Shown piece after piece: positions 45,242-56,051 of a stretch of DNA of 64,000 nucleotides. Within the stretch, counting starts at the first letter, position 1. Each line of letters starts with the position of its first letter. The position numbers were made by a program, and so were the translations under genes. The stretch comes from Eubacteriales bacterium. GTDB lineage: Bacteria; Bacillota; Clostridia; Lachnospirales; Lachnospiraceae. The notes under the pieces are model-generated. The model saw only the letters and a list, made by a program, of their open reading frames with translations, was not told where the DNA came from and did no database searches. The DNA is taken from the NCBI GenBank assembly GCA_030527715.1, contig JAUNAF010000003.1:1641-65640 (forward strand), given 5' to 3'.

Positions 45242-47107
45242 ATGATTCTGGAAAAGATACAGAAGGAAAATGATATCAAAAATATAGACCGGGAAGAGCT
45301 GCCGCAGCTGGCGGAGGAGATCCGTCAGTTTCTGATCGAGAAGATCAGTGAGAGCGGAGGACATCTGGGATCAAACCTCGGGGTGATCGAGCTGACCATG
45401 GCTCTGCATCTTGTCTGCAATCTTCCTGAGGATAAGATCATCTGGGATGTCGGACATCAGTCTTACACACATAAGCTGCTGACCGGCCGAAGAGATGGCT
45501 TTGATACACTGCGAAAATTCGGCGGAATGAGCGGATTTCCGAAGCGGAGCGAGAGCAGCTGTGATGCGTTTAATACCGGACACAGCACGACTTCGATCTC
45601 AGCAGGACTCGGCTATGCGATGGCGAGAGATCTGAAAGGTGAGGATCACGCGGTCATTTCCGTGATCGGTGACGGTTCAATGACCGGAGGAATGGCCTGG
45701 GAGGCCATGAACAATGCCGCCCGTCTGGATACGAATTTCATCATCGTGCTGAACGACAATAACATGTCGATCTCAGAAAATGTCGGAGGTCTTTCCAGCT
45801 ATCTGAATGCCGCCCGCACCGGAGACGGTTATCAGAATCTGAAGGCAGGGGTGGAAAAATCACTTCTGAGGATTCCGGTGTACGGAGACAACATTGTCAG
45901 AGGTATCCGCAAAACGAAAAACGGCCTGAAGCAGTTTTTTGTGCCTGGAATGCTGTTTGAGGAGATCGGGCTGACCTATCTCGGACCGGTGGACGGACAT
46001 GATATTCAGGCACTCTGCCGCAGTCTTGCAGAGGCGCGCAAGGTCAAGGGAGCAGTCGTCCTTCATGTGATCACACAGAAGGGAAACGGCTATGCACCGG
46101 CGATCCGCCATCCGGCAAGATTTCACGGGGCAGTGCCTTTTGATATTGAGACAGGTCTTCCGAAGAAAAGGCAGCAGAAGGCCAGTTATACAGATATTTT
46201 TTCCACAGTGATGCGGAAAATGGGAGACCGCGAGAAGGATGTGGTGGCTATTACGGCTGCCATGCCGGACGGAACCGGTCTGAAGCGTTTTCGAAACATG
46301 TTTCCGGACCGCTTCTTCGATGTGGGCATTGCCGAGCAGCACGCAGTGACCTTTGCAGCGGGAATGGCAGCGGCAGGCTTAAAGCCGGTGGTTGCGGTAT
46401 ATTCCTCCTTCCTGCAGAGAGCCTATGATCAGCTGATCCACGATGTCTGTCTGCAGAACCTGCATGTGGTGTTTGCAGTGGACCGTGCAGGACTGGTCGG
46501 AAGCGACGGAGAAACACATCAGGGTATTTTTGATCTCTCCTATCTCTCCTCGATCCCGAACATGTGCGTGATGGCTCCGAAGAATAAATGGGAGCTCTCC
46601 GACATGCTGAAATTTGCGATCGCCTACGACGGACCGATCGCACTGCGCTATCCGAGAGGAGAGGCCTACGACGGACTGGAGCGTTTCCGCGCACCGGTCG
46701 TATACGGCAGATCCGAGGTGATCTATGATGAGACAGAGATCGCGCTGATCGCCGTCGGAAGCATGGTGAAGACCGCAGTCGAGGTGCGCAGAAAGCTCAG
46801 GGAGATGGGCTATTCCTGTACCCTGATCAACGCAAGGTTTGTCAAGCCGCTGGATGAGGAGCTGCTGAGAAAGACAGCTTCCGAGCACAGACTGGTTGTG
46901 ACGATGGAGGAAAATGTCAGAAGCGGCGGATTCGGAGAAGCAGTTCTGGCATATCTGAATGATGTAAGCGCACAGACGAGAGTGATCAATATCGCACTGC
47001 CGGACGAGTATGTGGAACATGGCAGTGTTGACCGCCTGCATGAGGAGGTCTGTATTGACAGTCTCTCGATCGTGAAGAAAATAGTTGCCGAATATATTGG
47101 GAAATAA
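45242..47107 (+). CDS. dxs: 1-deoxy-D-xylulose-5-phosphate synthase
   Basis: 621 aa with GHQSYTHKLLTGRR and the ThDP motif GDGSMTGGMAWEAMNNA. Confidence 0.97.
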   Translation: MILEKIQKENDIKNIDREELPQLAEEIRQFLIEKISESGGHLGSNLGVIELTMALHLVCNLPEDKIIWDVGHQSYTHKLLTGRRDGFDTLRKFGGMSGFPKRSESSCDAFNTGHSTTSISAGLGYAMARDLKGEDHAVISVIGDGSMTGGMAWEAMNNAARLDTNFIIVLNDNNMSISENVGGLSSYLNAARTGDGYQNLKAGVEKSLLRIPVYGDNIVRGIRKTKNGLKQFFVPGMLFEEIGLTYLGPVDGHDIQALCRSLAEARKVKGAVVLHVITQKGNGYAPAIRHPARFHGAVPFDIETGLPKKRQQKASYTDIFSTVMRKMGDREKDVVAITAAMPDGTGLKRFRNMFPDRFFDVGIAEQHAVTFAAGMAAAGLKPVVAVYSSFLQRAYDQLIHDVCLQNLHVVFAVDRAGLVGSDGETHQGIFDLSYLSSIPNMCVMAPKNKWELSDMLKFAIAYDGPIALRYPRGEAYDGLERFRAPVVYGRSEVIYDETEIALIAVGSMVKTAVEVRRKLREMGYSCTLINARFVKPLDEELLRKTASEHRLVVTMEENVRSGGFGEAVLAYLNDVSAQTRVINIALPDEYVEHGSVDRLHEEVCIDSLSIVKKIVAEYIGK

Positions 47108-47111
47108 GCAT

Positions 47112-47927
47112 ATGAAAAAAGAACGACTGGATCTGCTGGTAGTACAGCAGGGGCTGGCACCGTCCAGAGAAAAAGCCAAGGCTATGATCATGGCCGGCTG
47201 TGTTCTGGTAGACGGACAGCGTGAGGATAAGGCAGGAACACAGTTTCCTGACACTGTAAAAATAGAGATCAAGGGAAATACCTTAAAATATGTCAGCCGC
47301 GGAGGCCTGAAGCTTGAGAAGGCGATGGATCATTTTGATCTGACGCTGGATGGCAAGGTCTGCATGGATATCGGAGCTTCCACCGGAGGCTTTACCGACT
47401 GCATGCTTCAGAACGGGGCAGTCAAGGTGTATTCCATCGATGTCGGATACGGACAGCTGGACTGGAAGCTGCGTAATGATCCGAGGGTAGTCTGCATGGA
47501 GAAGACCAACATCCGCTATGTGACGCCGGAGGATATCGATGAGCCGGCAGCCTTTGCATCCGTGGATGTGTCCTTTATTTCACTGACCAAGGTACTTCAG
47601 CCGGCCTGGGAGCTTCTGACACCGGATGCACAGATGGTGTGTCTGATCAAGCCGCAGTTTGAGGCGGGCAGAGAGAAGGTTGGAAAGAAGGGCGTTGTCC
47701 GTGATCCGAAGGTGCATCTTGAGGTGATCGAGAAGGTCATCGACTATGCACAGAGCATCGGATTTTCCATCCTGAATCTGGAGTTCTCCCCGATCAAGGG
47801 ACCGGAGGGAAATATCGAATATCTGGTACATCTCCAGAAAAACGGAGAAAAACAGCCGCTGCCGGTAGAGCCGGCAGAGATCGTGCGCCTGGCGCATGCG
47901 TCACTGGATAAAGAGGAAGCAAAATGA
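47112..47927 (+). CDS. tlyA: TlyA-family rRNA (cytidine-2'-O)-methyltransferase
   Basis: 271 aa from the ATG at 47112, with an S4 domain N-terminus and an FtsJ-type MTase (MDIGASTGGFTDC). Confidence 0.9.
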   Translation: MKKERLDLLVVQQGLAPSREKAKAMIMAGCVLVDGQREDKAGTQFPDTVKIEIKGNTLKYVSRGGLKLEKAMDHFDLTLDGKVCMDIGASTGGFTDCMLQNGAVKVYSIDVGYGQLDWKLRNDPRVVCMEKTNIRYVTPEDIDEPAAFASVDVSFISLTKVLQPAWELLTPDAQMVCLIKPQFEAGREKVGKKGVVRDPKVHLEVIEKVIDYAQSIGFSILNLEFSPIKGPEGNIEYLVHLQKNGEKQPLPVEPAEIVRLAHASLDKEEAK

Positions 47928-48784
47928 AACGGTTCTATGTAATTACCAATCTGCCGAAGGATCCGGCAATGATGGTAGCCAGCCGGATCCGGAATTATCT
48001 GCAGACACACGGCAGAGAGTGTATTCTTCAGACCGGTTCTACGACAGGGGAGCATTCCCGTTACAAGTACACAGATCCGGCGACACTTCCGGAGGGTGTG
48101 GACTGCGTACTGGTGCTCGGAGGAGACGGTACGGTGCTGAGAGCTTCGAGAGATCTGGCAGAGTGCCGGATCCCGATCTTTGGCGTAAATCTGGGAACGC
48201 TCGGCTATCTGGCACAGACCGATGAGGAGCACCTGGAGCAGGCGCTGGATCATCTGATGCTGGATGAATATGAGCTTGAGGAGCGCATGATGCTCCAGGG
48301 AACCGTATATCATAACGGTGAAGTGGTTTTGTCGGATACGGTACTGAACGATATTGTGATCGCGCGAAGTGCAGTGGTTCAGATGCGTCGGTTTCATATT
48401 TTTGTAAATGACCGTCTGCTGAATTCCTACAACGCGGACGGCATCATTGTGTCCACGCCGACCGGTTCCACAGGCTACAGTCTTTCTGTCGGCGGACCGA
48501 TCGTCTCACCGGCAGCATCACTGATTCTGATCTCACCGATCTCACCGCACACACTGACCTCGCGCAGTGTCGTGCTTCCGGACGATGCAAAGATCCGTGT
48601 GGAACTCGGCGTGCGGTCCAATGAGTTTGCTGAGGCAGAAGCCTCCTTTGACGGAGATTCCTCCGCAAGAATGGTCTGCGGAGATTATATTACTATTGAA
48701 AAAGCACCCGGGCGGATCCCCTTCGCAAAGGTAGATCAGGTTAGTTTTCTGGAGATACTGCGCCGGAAAATGAGCGGTACTTAG
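47924..48784 (+). CDS. nadK: NAD kinase
   Basis: 286 aa with the GGDGTVLRA motif and NADGIIVSTPTGSTGYSLS. ATGA overlap with tlyA. Confidence 0.95.
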   Translation: MKRFYVITNLPKDPAMMVASRIRNYLQTHGRECILQTGSTTGEHSRYKYTDPATLPEGVDCVLVLGGDGTVLRASRDLAECRIPIFGVNLGTLGYLAQTDEEHLEQALDHLMLDEYELEERMMLQGTVYHNGEVVLSDTVLNDIVIARSAVVQMRRFHIFVNDRLLNSYNADGIIVSTPTGSTGYSLSVGGPIVSPAASLILISPISPHTLTSRSVVLPDDAKIRVELGVRSNEFAEAEASFDGDSSARMVCGDYITIEKAPGRIPFAKVDQVSFLEILRRKMSGT

Positions 48785-48798
48785 GAGAATAGATTTTC

Positions 48799-49245
48799 AT
48801 GAAAAATGAACGACATGCAAAAATTGTGGAGCTGATCAATCGCTATCACATCGAGACGCAGGAAGAGCTTGCGGAAAAACTGAAGGAAGCAGGATTTCAG
48901 GTAACACAGGCCACCGTTTCAAGAGATATCCGACAGCTCCGCCTGACGAAGATCTCTGTGGAGGGCGGTCGTCAGAAATATGCCGTGATGAGTCCGGCAA
49001 ATTCAGAGCTGGATGAAAAATATCTGCGTATCTTAAGAGACGGATTTGTCTCCATGGATATGGCGCAGAATATTCTGGTGATCCGTACGGTATCCGGAAT
49101 GGCCATGGCTGTGGCTGCAGCGATGGATGCCATGCACTGGCAGGAGATCGCCGGCTGCATCGCCGGAGACGATACGATCATGTGCGCCATCCGAAGTGTG
49201 GATGAGACACTTCTGGTGATGGATAAAATCAGAAAAATACTGTAA
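48799..49245 (+). CDS. argR: Arginine repressor
   Basis: 148 aa with a winged-helix N-terminus (QEELAEKLKEAGFQVTQATVSRDIRQL) and a C-terminal GCIAGDDTI. Confidence 0.93.
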   Translation: MKNERHAKIVELINRYHIETQEELAEKLKEAGFQVTQATVSRDIRQLRLTKISVEGGRQKYAVMSPANSELDEKYLRILRDGFVSMDMAQNILVIRTVSGMAMAVAAAMDAMHWQEIAGCIAGDDTIMCAIRSVDETLLVMDKIRKIL

Positions 49246-49323
49246 TAACAGTGAAAATACCGGGCTGCACAGTCAGACCGGAAATGCTTCTTCCTGCCGG
49301 GAGAGCAAAAGGATGATTATGGA

Positions 49324-51015
49324 ATGTTAGTAAATTTACATGTAAAAAACATGGCGTTGATCCGGGATCTGGATATGGATTTCACGGAGGGGCTGAATAT
49401 TCTGACCGGTGAGACCGGAGCAGGTAAATCAATTCTGATCGGTTCTATCAACGTCGCACTTGGCATGCAGAACTTCCGCGGATTTGCGCGGGAGGACAGC
49501 AGCACCGCACTTGTGGAGCTGGTTTTCTCCACTGAGCGGGCATCGGTAAAACAGTGGATGCAGGAACATGAGCTGCCGTTTGAGGACGGACAGCTGATCC
49601 TGAGTCGAAGACTGACAGGCAGCCGCACTATCAGCAAGGTCAATGAGGTGACCGTGCCGGTGAGCACGATCCGTGAGCTGGCGGCACTGTTGATCGATAT
49701 TCACGGACAGCATGAGCATCAGTCTCTGCTGTACCGGAAAAATCATCTGCACATTCTGGATGAATTTGCCGGCGAGGAGCTTCGCGGCTTCCGGGAAAAG
49801 GGCAGAGAGATCTACCGCGAATACACACGGCTGAGAACACAGCTTTCTGAAATGAAGATGGATGAGGCTGCACGGAAGAAGGAGATCGACTTCCTGCAGT
49901 ATGAGCTGGATGAGATCAGCCAGGCGGAGTTAAAGCGCGGTGAGGACGAGGAACTGGAGTATCAGTACCGTCGTCAGGTAAATGCACAGAAGATCTCGCA
50001 GGAGGCCGGAGCCGCCTATGAGAGGACTTCCGGGATGCAGAACAGTGCCTCGGAGCAGATCACAGATGCTCTGCAGAGGCTGAATTCTGTGGGAAGCATG
50101 GATGAAGCACTGGAGAGTATCTCCGGACAGCTGGCGGAGATCGAGAGTCTGCTCTTTGATTTCAACCGAGAGCTCTCGGGGTATCTCTCAGAGATGACCT
50201 TTGATGCGGCTGCCTTTGAAGAACTGACGGAACGACTGAATCTGATCAATCATCTGAAGAGCAAATACGGCGAGAGCATCGAAGAGATCGAGGAGTATGC
50301 GAAGAACAGCCAGATACGGCTGGACGAGCTGATGGATTACGATGCTGTGCTGGCAGCACTGGAAACGAAGTTTCAGAGGCAGGAGCAGCTGCTCTGGGAG
50401 AACGGCCGTCAGATGACAAAGATCCGCCGCAGGTATGCGAAGGAGCTCTCCGCAAAGATCCGTGAGGAGCTGAAAGATCTGAACTTCCTGAATACAGAGT
50501 TCGAGATCGAGCTGAGCGAGACGCAGAACTGCACTGAGAACGGCTGCGATGAAGCCTGCTTTATGATGTCCATGAATCCGGGCAGTCCGAAAAAGCCGCT
50601 GGATGCGGTGGCCAGCGGTGGTGAGCTTTCACGTATCATGCTGGCGATCAAGACGGTCCTGGCAGACAGAGATCAGACGGAGACACTGATCTTTGATGAG
50701 ATCGATGTCGGTATCAGCGGACGGACAGCGCAGAAGGTCTCGGAGAAGATGGCAATGATCGCGGGAAGCCGTCAGGTGCTCTGCATCACCCATCTGGCAC
50801 AGATCGCCTCCATGGCAGATGCACATTACTGCATCGAAAAAAATGTCCGTGATCAGGAGACGGAGACGACCATCCGCGTGCTGGAATCTGAGGAGCGCAA
50901 AGAAGAACTGGCACGCATTCTCGGGGGAGCAGAGATCACGGAGACCACCATGCAGAGTGCTGTGGAAATGAAGCAGCTTGCAGATGAGAAGAAAAGGGTA
51001 TTACGAAAAAAATAA
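49324..51015 (+). CDS. recN: DNA repair protein RecN
   Basis: 563 aa with Walker A GETGAGKS, a long coiled coil and the SMC signature ASGGELSRIMLA. Confidence 0.96.
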   Translation: MLVNLHVKNMALIRDLDMDFTEGLNILTGETGAGKSILIGSINVALGMQNFRGFAREDSSTALVELVFSTERASVKQWMQEHELPFEDGQLILSRRLTGSRTISKVNEVTVPVSTIRELAALLIDIHGQHEHQSLLYRKNHLHILDEFAGEELRGFREKGREIYREYTRLRTQLSEMKMDEAARKKEIDFLQYELDEISQAELKRGEDEELEYQYRRQVNAQKISQEAGAAYERTSGMQNSASEQITDALQRLNSVGSMDEALESISGQLAEIESLLFDFNRELSGYLSEMTFDAAAFEELTERLNLINHLKSKYGESIEEIEEYAKNSQIRLDELMDYDAVLAALETKFQRQEQLLWENGRQMTKIRRRYAKELSAKIREELKDLNFLNTEFEIELSETQNCTENGCDEACFMMSMNPGSPKKPLDAVASGGELSRIMLAIKTVLADRDQTETLIFDEIDVGISGRTAQKVSEKMAMIAGSRQVLCITHLAQIASMADAHYCIEKNVRDQETETTIRVLESEERKEELARILGGAEITETTMQSAVEMKQLADEKKRVLRKK

Positions 51016-51061
51016 CTATTCTGAATAGTTACAAATAAAATGGAGAAAGAGGTAAAAAGCT

Positions 51062-52018
51062 ATGTGGAAGGTATTGGCAGCACTGCCGAACTATTCAAAG
51101 TACTGCAGTAAGGCAAAGGCTTACCTGCAGGAGAACGGTGTCGAGGTCATTGAGAATGAGACCGGAGGTCCGTTAGATCCGGAGCAGCTGAAGGAACTCG
51201 TCGGAGATATCGATGCGGCTGTCTGCGGTGTGGAAGTCTGGAATTCAGAAATTTTTGACGTGGCAAAGAATCTGAAGGTCCTTGCCAGATTCGGTGTCGG
51301 CGTGGACAACTATGATCTGGAAGAGGCAAAGAAGCGCGGGATCATCTGCACAAACTGCCCGGGGGTCAACTCAACATCTGTCGCTGAGCATGCAGTGATG
51401 CTGATCCTCAACCTGCTGCGTGAGTGTCCGCAGCTGAACCAGGAGACCAAGGAAGGCAGCTGGAGACGTCTGATGGTCACAGAGCTGCACGGAAAGACCG
51501 TCGGCCTGCTCGGTTTCGGCGCAGTTGCAAGAAAGACCGCAGAGATCCTCAATGGATTTTCCTGCAAAATCCTTGCCTATGACAAATATCCGAATGCGGA
51601 GGCTGCTGCAAAACTCGGTGTTACGATGTGCAGCAGAGAAGAGGTATTGCAGCAGAGCGATATTATCTCCGTACATGTTCCGGCAATGCCGGAGACCTAC
51701 CATTTTATCGACCGTGAGGCACTTGCACTGTGCAAGGACGGCGTATATATGGTAAATACCTCCCGCGGTACAAACGTGGATGAGGCAGCAATTGCAGAAG
51801 CTCTGGAGTCTAAAAAGCTGGCAGGCTTTGGCTCTGACGTATTCGAGTTCGAACCGGTGACAAAGGATTACCCTCTGTTCCGTTTCCCGAATTATATCTG
51901 TACCCCGCACACAGCTGCGGAATCCTATGAAAACTATGCTGAGACCGGCATGCGTACAGCACAGGCCATCCTCGATGTCATGAACGGCAAGGATGATCCG
52001 TGGAACCGGTTAGTATAG
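51062..52018 (+). CDS. D-isomer-specific 2-hydroxyacid dehydrogenase family protein
   Basis: 318 aa with the NAD-binding motif GLLGFGAVARKTA, catalytic region NTSRG, and a late His (CTPHTAA). Confidence 0.88.
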   Translation: MWKVLAALPNYSKYCSKAKAYLQENGVEVIENETGGPLDPEQLKELVGDIDAAVCGVEVWNSEIFDVAKNLKVLARFGVGVDNYDLEEAKKRGIICTNCPGVNSTSVAEHAVMLILNLLRECPQLNQETKEGSWRRLMVTELHGKTVGLLGFGAVARKTAEILNGFSCKILAYDKYPNAEAAAKLGVTMCSREEVLQQSDIISVHVPAMPETYHFIDREALALCKDGVYMVNTSRGTNVDEAAIAEALESKKLAGFGSDVFEFEPVTKDYPLFRFPNYICTPHTAAESYENYAETGMRTAQAILDVMNGKDDPWNRLV

Positions 52019-52044
52019 CAAAAAAATATAAAGGAGAAAGAACG

Positions 52045-52482
52045 ATGAAAATTGCAATTGGATGCGATCCGAACGCGGAGGCCTTCAAACAGGCACTGAT
52101 CCCGACCATTGAAAAGCTGGGACATGAGGTAACAGATTTTGGAAGTGATGACCCGATCTATGCAAATGTTGCATTTGCAGTAGGTGAGGCAGTTGCAGCA
52201 AAGAAGTACGACAGAGGTATCCTGTTCTGCGGAACCGGTCTCGGTGTAATGCTGGCGGCAAACAAGGTCAAAGGTGTTTATGCTGCAGTGCTCGGCGATA
52301 TCTATTCCGCACAGCGTGCAGTACTGAGCAACAACTGCAACGTGATCACGCTCGGAAGCCAGGTTACCGGAATCAAGCTGGCAGAGATGATCATCACAGA
52401 GTACCTGTCCCAGACCTACGTATATAATGAGAGATCCGGAAAGAAAGTGGACCGCATTCTGGAGTACGAGAGAGAGCATTGA
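52045..52482 (+). CDS. rpiB: RpiB/LacA/LacB-family sugar-phosphate isomerase
   Basis: 145 aa from the ATG at 52045, after AAGGAG. MKIAIGCDPNA and ILFCGTGLGVMLAANK. Confidence 0.88.
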   Translation: MKIAIGCDPNAEAFKQALIPTIEKLGHEVTDFGSDDPIYANVAFAVGEAVAAKKYDRGILFCGTGLGVMLAANKVKGVYAAVLGDIYSAQRAVLSNNCNVITLGSQVTGIKLAEMIITEYLSQTYVYNERSGKKVDRILEYEREH

Positions 52483-53450
52483 GACGGACACTGAATTATC
52501 GCATTGAAAATGAAGAGTCATGCACGGTGGGAGAATTCCTTCGAAAGAAGGGATTCTCCCGTCACATTCTCACGGAAGTGCGAAGAAGCGGGGAACGCAT
52601 CAGAAAAAACGGGGAACCTGTCTGGATGTCCACGGTGCTTGAGGCGGGAGATGAGATCACGGTAACACTGCCGCAGGAACAGTCCTCCGAGCAGATCGTA
52701 CCCAGAAAGATCGCATTTGAGATCGTCTACGAGGATGAAGATCTGATGGTGATCCACAAAGGAGCGGATATCCCGGTGCACCCGTCGATCAATAACTTTG
52801 AGAATACACTGGCGAACGGTCTGGCCTGGTATTTTCAGGAAAAGGGAGAGCCGTTTGTATTTCGCTGTATCAACCGCCTGGATCGCGATACCACAGGACT
52901 GCTGATCGTCGCAAAGCATATGCTGAGTGCGGGGATCCTGTCCGAGCAGGGAAAAAGAAGAGAGATCCACAGAAAATACCTCGCAGTCGTCTCCGGGGAG
53001 CTTCCTGCGGAAGGAACCGTGGATGCACCGATCGCGAGAAAAGAGGAGTCCGTCATTGAGCGCTGTGTGGATCATGAACGCGGAGAGAGGGCAGTGACGC
53101 ATTATCGAAGGCTGGCCTTCTGCGGCGGATATTCCCTTGTTCTGCTGCAGCTTGAGACCGGACGGACGCATCAGATCCGCGTGCATATGAAGCACATCGG
53201 TCATCCGCTGATCGGAGATTTTCTCTACAATCCGGACTGTCGGCTGATCGATCATCAGGCACTGCATTCCTTCTGTCTCTCTTTCCGCCATCCGATCACA
53301 GGGGAAGAGATGCATTTTGTGCGGGAACCGGACTGGTCCTGTATCACAGAGAGAGCGCCGGAACTTGGCATGTTCAGAGAAAAGTGGGAAGAGGAGATGC
53401 AGCAGTGGAAAAATGCCTGCGTGCAGAATCCGGTTTCACAAAAAATTTAG
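52479..53450 (+). CDS. RluA-family pseudouridine synthase
   Basis: 323 aa with a TTG start overlapping the rpiB stop. S4-like N-terminus, catalytic motif RLDRDTTGLLIVAK, and TGRTHQIRVH. Confidence 0.9.
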   Translation: MRRTLNYRIENEESCTVGEFLRKKGFSRHILTEVRRSGERIRKNGEPVWMSTVLEAGDEITVTLPQEQSSEQIVPRKIAFEIVYEDEDLMVIHKGADIPVHPSINNFENTLANGLAWYFQEKGEPFVFRCINRLDRDTTGLLIVAKHMLSAGILSEQGKRREIHRKYLAVVSGELPAEGTVDAPIARKEESVIERCVDHERGERAVTHYRRLAFCGGYSLVLLQLETGRTHQIRVHMKHIGHPLIGDFLYNPDCRLIDHQALHSFCLSFRHPITGEEMHFVREPDWSCITERAPELGMFREKWEEEMQQWKNACVQNPVSQKI

Positions 53451-53544
53451 ATTTTTTATAAGGAGTTTGTTTGAGTTTTTGACCGCAGAAGACTATACTG
53501 TGGAATAGAGCCGGAGGGCTTGTCTGTATCAGGAGGAAAAGGAA

Positions 53545-53967
53545 ATGGGTGACTTTCGAAGAAGATTCGAAGACTTTATGAGAGGAAGACACGGCATTGA
53601 TCAGTTTGGGCAGTTTCTGATGTTCGTATCGCTGGCATTTCTGGTGCTTGGCGGAGTATTCAGGATCTATCTTTTCAGAATGCTGGCGTTTGCAGGTCTG
53701 ATCTATCTGTACTACCGTGCCTTTTCTAAGAATCTTTCTAAAAGACAGGAGGAAAACCGCAGATATCTCGCGGAGACAGAGAGACTGCGCTTTCGATTCC
53801 AGAGTATCAAGCTCCAGCTCAGCATGCGCAAGACGCACAAGTATTTTAAGTGCAAGTCCTGCAAAAAGAAGCTGAGAGTACCGCGCGGAAAAGGAAAGAT
53901 CGAAGTGACCTGCCCGCACTGCGGAGCAAAATTCATAAAGAGATCCGGAAAAAAGAAAAATAAGTAA
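53545..53967 (+). CDS. Membrane-anchored zinc-ribbon protein (hypothetical)
   Basis: 140 aa with two TM helices, then CKSCKKKL..CPHCGAKF (CxxC..CxxC) and a Lys-rich tail. Confidence 0.6.
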   Translation: MGDFRRRFEDFMRGRHGIDQFGQFLMFVSLAFLVLGGVFRIYLFRMLAFAGLIYLYYRAFSKNLSKRQEENRRYLAETERLRFRFQSIKLQLSMRKTHKYFKCKSCKKKLRVPRGKGKIEVTCPHCGAKFIKRSGKKKNK

Positions 53968-53984
53968 CACATAGTAACACATGC

Positions 53985-54046
53985 AAAACGCCCGGCGTCA
54001 GCCTCAGGGAAAGATCCCCAAGGTTGATGCCGGGCGTTGTTTTTTG
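53985..54046. terminator. Bidirectional terminator between the convergent zinc-ribbon gene and glyA
   Basis: AAAACGCCCGGC..GCCGGGCGTT followed by GTTTTTT. Confidence 0.75.
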
Positions 54047-54047
54047 C

Positions 54048-55286
54048 TTAGGCATTTAACGGATATTTATCGGTAAGTTTCTTGATGATCGCTTTTGCCT
54101 GCTCTTTGTTGTCTGCGCTCTTGACCATCAGGCTGATCGCCTCTGCGATATCTTCCATATCCTCCGGAACGAGTCCGCGGGAGGTGACTGCAGCTGTACC
54201 GAGACGCACACCGCTGGTAACGAACGGTGACTCCGGATCGTTCGGGATGGCATTCTTGTTGCAGGTGATGTTTGCCTCATCGAGCAGCTTCTCCATAACC
54301 TTTCCGGTGATGCCGGTGCCGCGAAGGTCAACGAGCATCAGATGATTGTCGGTTCCGCCGGAAACGATGTTGATGCCGCGCTTGATCAGGCCGGCGCAGA
54401 GTGCCTTGCTGTTAGCGACAAGTCTGGTCTGATATTCTTTGTACTCCGGCTGAAGAGCTTCCTTGAAGCAGACAGCTTTTGCAGCGATGACATGCATCAG
54501 AGGACCGCCCTGGATACCCGGGAAGACCGCTTTGTTGAAGTTGAACTTCTTTGCGATCTCGTTGCTGCTCATGATCATGCCGCCGCGCGGTCCGCGCAGG
54601 GTCTTATGAGTGGTAGTGGTAGTTACATGTGCATACGGGATCGGGCTCGGATGAAGACCTGCAGCAACCAGACCTGCGATGTGTGCGATATCTACCATCA
54701 GATAAGCGCCGACTTCATCAGCGATCTCACGGAATTTCTTGAAGTCGATGATGCGCGCATAAGCACTTGCACCTGCTACGATCAGCTTCGGCTTTGCCTC
54801 GATGGCAATGCGGCGCACTTCCTCATAATCGATCACGCCGTCGTCATTGACACCGTACGGAACGATGTTGAAGTAAGCACCGGAGAAGTTTGCAGGGCTT
54901 CCGTGTGAGAGGTGACCGCCGTGTGCGAGGTTCATACCGAGCACGGTATCACCCGGCTTTAACATAGCGAAGAAAACAGCCATATTTGCCTGTGCGCCTG
55001 AGTGCGGCTGTACATTTACATATTCACATCCGAAGAGCTCACGTGCACGAGCATTTGCCAGCTCCTCAACAACATCCACGCACTCACATCCGCCGTAGTA
55101 GCGTTTTCCCGGGTAACCTTCTGCATATTTGTTGGTTAACGGACTGCCCATGGCAGCCATGACAGCTTTGCTGACCCAGTTCTCAGAAGCGATCAGCTCA
55201 ATGTGTGAATTCTGACGGGCAATTTCATCCTGGATCGCGTTTGCGATCTCGATGTCTGCACTCTGAATCTCTTCAAATGAATACAT
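54048..55286 (-). CDS. glyA: Serine hydroxymethyltransferase
   Basis: 412 aa from the ATG at 55286 ([14 protein letters not shown]..) after GGAGGACATGAG. PLP site [14 protein letters not shown]. The 563-aa track ORF is an upstream read-through artefact. Confidence 0.96.
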   Translation of the reverse strand: MYSFEEIQSADIEIANAIQDEIARQNSHIELIASENWVSKAVMAAMGSPLTNKYAEGYPGKRYYGGCECVDVVEELANARARELFGCEYVNVQPHSGAQANMAVFFAMLKPGDTVLGMNLAHGGHLSHGSPANFSGAYFNIVPYGVNDDGVIDYEEVRRIAIEAKPKLIVAGASAYARIIDFKKFREIADEVGAYLMVDIAHIAGLVAAGLHPSPIPYAHVTTTTTHKTLRGPRGGMIMSSNEIAKKFNFNKAVFPGIQGGPLMHVIAAKAVCFKEALQPEYKEYQTRLVANSKALCAGLIKRGINIVSGGTDNHLMLVDLRGTGITGKVMEKLLDEANITCNKNAIPNDPESPFVTSGVRLGTAAVTSRGLVPEDMEDIAEAISLMVKSADNKEQAKAIIKKLTDKYPLNA

Positions 55287-55320
55287 CTCATGTCCTCCAT
55301 ATTTTTCATAATAATGCAAT

Positions 55321-55349
55321 ATTCTAACGCGGAATATAGAATGTGTCAA
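55321..55349 (-). promoter_or_regulatory. Candidate glyA promoter
   Basis: On the - strand: TTGACA, 17 nt spacer, TAGAAT. Confidence 0.5.
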
Positions 55350-55488
55350 CTGCAAAAGAACAAATATCCGTACAGGAAAGACAGTGTGGCGGCAGGGAAA
55401 CAGGGAGAGGGATTGTCTTTCCGGCATAGCTTTTCGGACAAAAATCTGGTATAATACCGAAACAAAACGAATGATCAGGAGGAAAAAC

Positions 55489-56025
55489 ATGGCTTGGGAA
55501 TTTACAGTTCTGGACTTTCTGCAGACCCTGCACGGTCCGGTACAGGATACCTTTTTTAAGACGGTCACGCATCTGGGCGACGCAGGGATCTTCTTTATTC
55601 TGCTGGGATTTCTGCTTCTCTTTTCCCGTAAGACAAGGGAGTACGGAATCGCGATCCTGTCGGCCCTGGTGATGGGAGCGCTGCTCTGCAATGTGATCTT
55701 AAAACCGCTGGTGGCACGCGCGCGTCCGTGCTGGATCAATGAGGCAGTGCAGATGCTGGTGGCTGTCCCGAAGGATTATTCCTTCCCGTCCGGGCACTCA
55801 CAGGCGGCATTTGCGACAGCGAGCGCAGTGTTTGTCAGAAACCGCAGAGCAGGAATCGCGCTTGGCATTCTTGCCGTGCTGATCGCTTTTTCCAGACTTT
55901 ATCTGTATGTACATTTTCCGACAGATGTGCTGGTCGGTACCGCGATCGGTATCTGCATGGGAGCGCTCTCTGTATATCCGACAAGGTGGATTACACAGAG
56001 ACTGGAAAAAAACAGAAGAAAATGA
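55489..56025 (+). CDS. PAP2-family phosphatase (undecaprenyl-diphosphatase-like)
   Basis: 178 aa from the ATG at 55489, after AGGAGG. Motifs [14 protein letters not shown] and [13 protein letters not shown]. Confidence 0.85.
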   Translation: MAWEFTVLDFLQTLHGPVQDTFFKTVTHLGDAGIFFILLGFLLLFSRKTREYGIAILSALVMGALLCNVILKPLVARARPCWINEAVQMLVAVPKDYSFPSGHSQAAFATASAVFVRNRRAGIALGILAVLIAFSRLYLYVHFPTDVLVGTAIGICMGALSVYPTRWITQRLEKNRRK

Positions 56026-56051
56026 CAGTGAAAGGCATGGAAAGAATGAAT

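Noticed and set aside
55375-55422. The hairpin GGAAAGACA-30 nt-TGTCTTTCC in the glyA/PAP2 divergent region, considered as a possible riboswitch or attenuator.
   Set aside because: It lies upstream of both candidate promoters, so it is probably not transcribed. It has no T-run and no resemblance to known glyA-associated riboswitches (THF, ZTP, glycine).
55287-55739. An N-terminal 151-codon extension of glyA in the ORF track (563 aa).
   Set aside because: The canonical SHMT N-terminus ([13 protein letters not shown]..) starts at 55286 and is preceded by GGAGGA and a TTGACA-17-TAGAAT promoter that lies inside the extension. The extension overlaps the divergent PAP2 gene region and has no SHMT similarity.
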